DNA of 64,000 nucleotides from Ignavibacteria bacterium (lineage in GTDB: Bacteria > Bacteroidota > Ignavibacteria > Tepidaquicellales > OLB5), in contig JAUQWQ010000158.1 in the NCBI GenBank assembly GCA_030835085.1, positions 70,892 through 134,891 of the forward strand. Direction: 5' to 3'. The position numbers and the translations under genes were made by a program. Shown in pieces: positions 60,376 through 64,000 of this stretch. The notes under the pieces are model-generated. The model made no database searches and was not told where the DNA came from. It saw nothing but the letters and a program-made list of their open reading frames with translations. Numbering within the stretch: position 1 is the stretch's first letter; each line of letters starts with the position of its first letter.

Positions 60376-63230
60376 TGAATAATAAATTCAGTAACGTATT
60401 GCTTATCTGCGAACTGTAACAGGTCTCTTGTTGCAGGAAGCATTTCCTCTATCCTCATAGCATCTGATACTTTATCACATAATTTCGCAAATAGACTGAC
60501 TAAAAAAGAATTGTTAAAATTTATGTATTGAGGTTTCCGGTCATCTGAGACTATGGACTTCTTAGGTTTCAATTTCGCACTTAACTCTGCATCAAAGAAA
60601 TTTGTATATGTAATATATACAAATACTTCTTCGGGGATATTGTTTTTTTTTCGCCAAGAATTAATTCTGTAAAAATAATCACTTTCCTGTTCAATACTTT
60701 GCTTACGGGGCACAGTGTTAAACGGAAGTATCCATTGTTTTCTCTGTAAGATTATTACATCTTCATAAACAATCCTGGGGCGGGTAAATATTTCATTGAA
60801 TTCAGTAATATTTCCTATTTTGTTGTATTCAAGTACATAATTATTAGAGGTCTTCATAATTGTACTTGGATATATATACTTTGCTTTTGAGAATAACTGC
60901 AGCAATTGAAATAACTTGGAGCGGCTTAAAAAACTCTGAAACCCAAGATCAAACATCAGGATTTCTTTATCCTGGAATTTATGGACCAACATTAGCCTAT
61001 CAGACTTCTTGTCATATTTAATGTCAATATCTGTCACCGGTATTTGCTTTTCAGCATTAAGATTATTCTGGCTGCCGGGTAATTTAACTTCAAATGGCAT
61101 TAATGCCGGATGAATATTTGCATTAAAATGCGAATTATCGGTATCTTCCACAAATAATTCTTTTTCATTGAAAAATGAATTTTGTCTTACTAATTCTGCG
61201 GTGAATTTTTCATCAAACAAATGCAGAAACCTGCTAAAATATTTACCAAATCCCGGCGGAGACAGATTCTGAACTCCTTTTATAATTCCATTACCATTTA
61301 TATCATACTCAATGAATAGCTGAATGAACAAGGCGTGAGAACATTCATGGTCAAGATTCAGTTCAGCAAACTCGTTTGGCAGATCACTGTGTTTTAATTC
61401 AAGAGCATCCTTATCGAAGAATTGTTTTTGAATAATTTTATCTTTAAAAGTTTTAACCCAATTATCAATTCTTTTCTTGTTATCTTTAATGTATTTTATT
61501 TCTTCGATATTATTTTCTATTTTTGCATCTAAGTTCTTTCCCTTCGATCCTTGATTTTCATTAACTTCTAAAGTTTGTTTTTTCTGATTTTCTTTTTTTT
61601 CGGCTTCTGATAACTTAAATTCTTTATAGAAATCTTCATAAAATGTTAAGACATCTGTTTGTTTTTCAGTTCCGTATTTACTGATAAAAAAATGTTTCAT
61701 CTTCATCATTTCTTCCCGGTGAATCTCAAATAATTTCATCGAGTTTATTAAAGATTGGAACTTATCCGTTATATTACGTATTTGTTTCACATCAAGAGAA
61801 ATATTACAATCAACCGAAGTATCTTCGTAAAACAATTGCTGTATTTTAAAACTAAATTTTGTGTTAAAAATATTCCTGAATCCATCATTTACTTCTTCCT
61901 CAGCAGTCTTGTCTTTCTCCTTTTTGCTAACATTAACATCAGTCCTTTCATCTTCGGGAAGACCAGCATCTTCATGCAACCTGTAACAGATATCTTTAAA
62001 AAGTGTATATGCATCACTCAGTAATTTCAATCGCAGTTCTACACCGGAAATGCCGTATCTTTCAGCAATTGATCTTATATTAGCCAGTGTGTTTGTCAAA
62101 TCCGCAATTAGTTGATATTTTTTTTCAATTTTCTTTAAAAACGCAACAAATTTAATGTCCCAATCCGGATCAATTCCTGAAACCATAATATTAAACTCAA
62201 AAAGTCCGTAATCAATCAGGGTCATTAAATATTCTTCAACTTCTTCCTTTGATGTCTCAATTGATTCATCACTTGATATTATATCTGATAACTTATTAAA
62301 AATTATACCTTCTTTATTATCAGTATAATTTAACATGATATCTATAACAGGATTAGTTCCTATTTTTTGAAAAGATTCAACATTATCAAAGTTCGTAAGG
62401 AAAGTATATTCATTTGAACTAATTTTTAATGTAGGATTTCTGGTTATTGGAAACCAACGTGCAATGTTTAAATTTTTAAAAAGGATACCTTTCAGGTAGA
62501 AGAAAAGGGCATTATTTAATCTTATATGACTCTTAATGTTTTCAGGTTTGATACCTTTGTTTTGAATTGGATTTACATATTTTTGATCAGAAACATTAAC
62601 TTTTCCTAGAGAAAGATTTGTAAAAGTACTAAATGGGGAGGTTTTAGCACACATTCTGCTGATATACTTAATCATACTTTGTTCAGTTCTTATTTCATCC
62701 TTCAAAATTAGATCAACATTTTTTTCTGCATAGTTTACAGCTCTTTTAAAAAGACTTTCACTTGATAATATCAAGCCTTTTAGAAGATTCTCATTCTTAA
62801 CAAGACTTTGCAATATTAGACGCTTATCCCTAAGCTCGTTAACATATTCTATTTTAAAATCTTCCTCTAATTTTCGAATTTGCTTTGTTATTTTATTTAG
62901 TTCAATAAGGTCACTATATGTAGATTGTTCAGCATATTCCTTTATTAACTCTAAAATTTCTGAATTTAAGCACCGTTGATTAAAAATATCGCGTTTTGCA
63001 TTTACAATTAAGTTTTGGACTTTTTTATCATTAATTTTAGAAATTAGGTTATAAAGTTGATCACAAATATTGCTTCTTAGAATTTCCAATTTACTACTCA
63101 ACTCAAAAATTTGATTTATAATATTTGCAGATCTGTCCATATTCAATTGTCCAATTGTTTCCAGGGGTTCGCCGGCAATTCTAACCAAAGAATATGGAAA
63201 AATATCAGTTAAATCATTATTATTTTCCAT
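60357..63230 (-). CDS. lanB: LanB dehydratase, glutamylation domain (split LanB)
   Basis: LVRIAG, KYISRMCAKTSPFSTF, RNPTL, FYED, PRIVYEDVIILQRKQW, RKPQYINF, EEMLP, TEF. Confidence 0.9.
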   Translation of the reverse strand: MENNNDLTDIFPYSLVRIAGEPLETIGQLNMDRSANIINQIFELSSKLEILRSNICDQLYNLISKINDKKVQNLIVNAKRDIFNQRCLNSEILELIKEYAEQSTYSDLIELNKITKQIRKLEEDFKIEYVNELRDKRLILQSLVKNENLLKGLILSSESLFKRAVNYAEKNVDLILKDEIRTEQSMIKYISRMCAKTSPFSTFTNLSLGKVNVSDQKYVNPIQNKGIKPENIKSHIRLNNALFFYLKGILFKNLNIARWFPITRNPTLKISSNEYTFLTNFDNVESFQKIGTNPVIDIMLNYTDNKEGIIFNKLSDIISSDESIETSKEEVEEYLMTLIDYGLFEFNIMVSGIDPDWDIKFVAFLKKIEKKYQLIADLTNTLANIRSIAERYGISGVELRLKLLSDAYTLFKDICYRLHEDAGLPEDERTDVNVSKKEKDKTAEEEVNDGFRNIFNTKFSFKIQQLFYEDTSVDCNISLDVKQIRNITDKFQSLINSMKLFEIHREEMMKMKHFFISKYGTEKQTDVLTFYEDFYKEFKLSEAEKKENQKKQTLEVNENQGSKGKNLDAKIENNIEEIKYIKDNKKRIDNWVKTFKDKIIQKQFFDKDALELKHSDLPNEFAELNLDHECSHALFIQLFIEYDINGNGIIKGVQNLSPPGFGKYFSRFLHLFDEKFTAELVRQNSFFNEKELFVEDTDNSHFNANIHPALMPFEVKLPGSQNNLNAEKQIPVTDIDIKYDKKSDRLMLVHKFQDKEILMFDLGFQSFLSRSKLFQLLQLFSKAKYIYPSTIMKTSNNYVLEYNKIGNITEFNEIFTRPRIVYEDVIILQRKQWILPFNTVPRKQSIEQESDYFYRINSWRKKNNIPEEVFVYITYTNFFDAELSAKLKPKKSIVSDDRKPQYINFNNSFLVSLFAKLCDKVSDAMRIEEMLPATRDLLQFADKQYVTEFIIQWKSQT

Positions 63231-63760
63231 TATGGTATCATTTTAAAGTTTTTCAGTATTTTGCAATAAAGGCTTTCATCAAAGGAATATATCTTAGATT
63301 TACCAAATAATTCCACAGGTTCAGTATATAATGCTTGTTCATCACGCTTTAATACTTCCTTCAGATTCATCTGTAATTGAAGAATTGAATCATTCCTCAT
63401 TAATTGAGTATTCTCAATATTCCCCGTTATTTTCCAAATGTTGTTATCCGAATAGTTATAGATTTCAAAACATATTTTATTCTTTCTTTTTGTTAACACT
63501 GATATTTTGTCATTTGGTACTGCAAATTGCATAATAGCTAATAAATTATCTGAATTGTCTGTTTGAATATGAACTTTAATCTCTGTTTCCGGAATTATCA
63601 ATATAGGAATGCTAACATTAGCAGAGCCTATAATTATAAGGACAAATATGACTAACAATATAAACATCCCCCACCTTATTATAAACAATGGCTTAGATGC
63701 TATTACTTCATTAATAGTATTATTTTGATCAGAGGAATTTCTTTTTTTCTTAAATTTCAT
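63230..63760 (-). CDS. Short HlyD-like transporter accessory protein
   Basis: N-terminal P.FIIRWG plus TM helix typical of FCB HlyD proteins; lies between the ABC exporter and lanB; only 176 aa. Confidence 0.55.
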   Translation of the reverse strand: MKFKKKRNSSDQNNTINEVIASKPLFIIRWGMFILLVIFVLIIIGSANVSIPILIIPETEIKVHIQTDNSDNLLAIMQFAVPNDKISVLTKRKNKICFEIYNYSDNNIWKITGNIENTQLMRNDSILQLQMNLKEVLKRDEQALYTEPVELFGKSKIYSFDESLYCKILKNFKMIP

Positions 63761-64000
63761 GATTCAACTCCAATTGGTTCCTGATCAAATTATAGTAAGT
63801 ACTTTTATTTTTTATCAGCTCAGTATGATTGCCGGATTCAACTATCATTCCTTTTTCAAGCACTACAATGTTATCAGCATTAATTACGGTGCTAAGCCTG
63901 TGTGCAACAACTACAACAGTTCTATCTTTAAAAAATTTTGATAAATTGTCCATCACTATACTTTCGCTGGCTGTATCCAGAGCATTGGTTGCTTCATCCA
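63750..64000 (-). CDS. C-terminal part of an ABC exporter, probably a peptidase-containing LanT (truncated by window edge)
   Basis: DEATNALD Walker B/D-loop, VVAHRLSTV, G.H.ELI..K..YY.L; peptidase domain not visible in the window. Confidence 0.8.
   Translation of the reverse strand, partial: DEATNALDTASESIVMDNLSKFFKDRTVVVVAHRLSTVINADNIVVLEKGMIVESGNHTELIKNKSTYYNLIRNQLELNHEI

Noticed and set aside
59344-63230. Thiopeptide cluster suggested by the split dehydratase
   Set aside because: No YcaO, azole dehydrogenase or pyridine synthase visible; a zinc-ligand-intact LanC and double-Gly precursors indicate a lanthipeptide, though genes beyond the window are unseen

Overview
Bacterial chromosome window, most consistent with an Ignavibacteria (FCB group) genome. 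This is inferred from ten proteins ending in the [11 protein letters not shown]-type T9SS C-terminal sorting domain, Shine-Dalgarno-led housekeeping genes and a CIRCE-controlled groESL. The left half holds dnaX-speB, tRNA-Ser and tRNA-Thr, a PAS-rich two-component cluster, rdgB and an ABC exporter pair. The middle holds a 12.5-kb tandem array of ten T9SS cargo genes, six of them divergent paralogs of one uncharacterised family, whose sorting domains carry in-frame palindrome- or heptamer-repeat-derived DNA. After that come groESL, a PLD3-like protein, SDRs, a split methylmalonyl-CoA mutase, ALDH, gdhA and small accessory genes, with many REP-like palindromes between them. The right end (about 54.8 kb onward, truncated by the window edge) is an AT-rich class I lanthipeptide locus. 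It has split LanB, a LanC with an extra C-terminal domain, a short HlyD-like gene, an ABC exporter and two tandem pinensin-like double-glycine precursors with 7-Cys cores. The precursors lie behind a small secreted-protein gene and diverge from a 490-aa putative regulator. All calls are from motif recognition by eye; no database searches were run.
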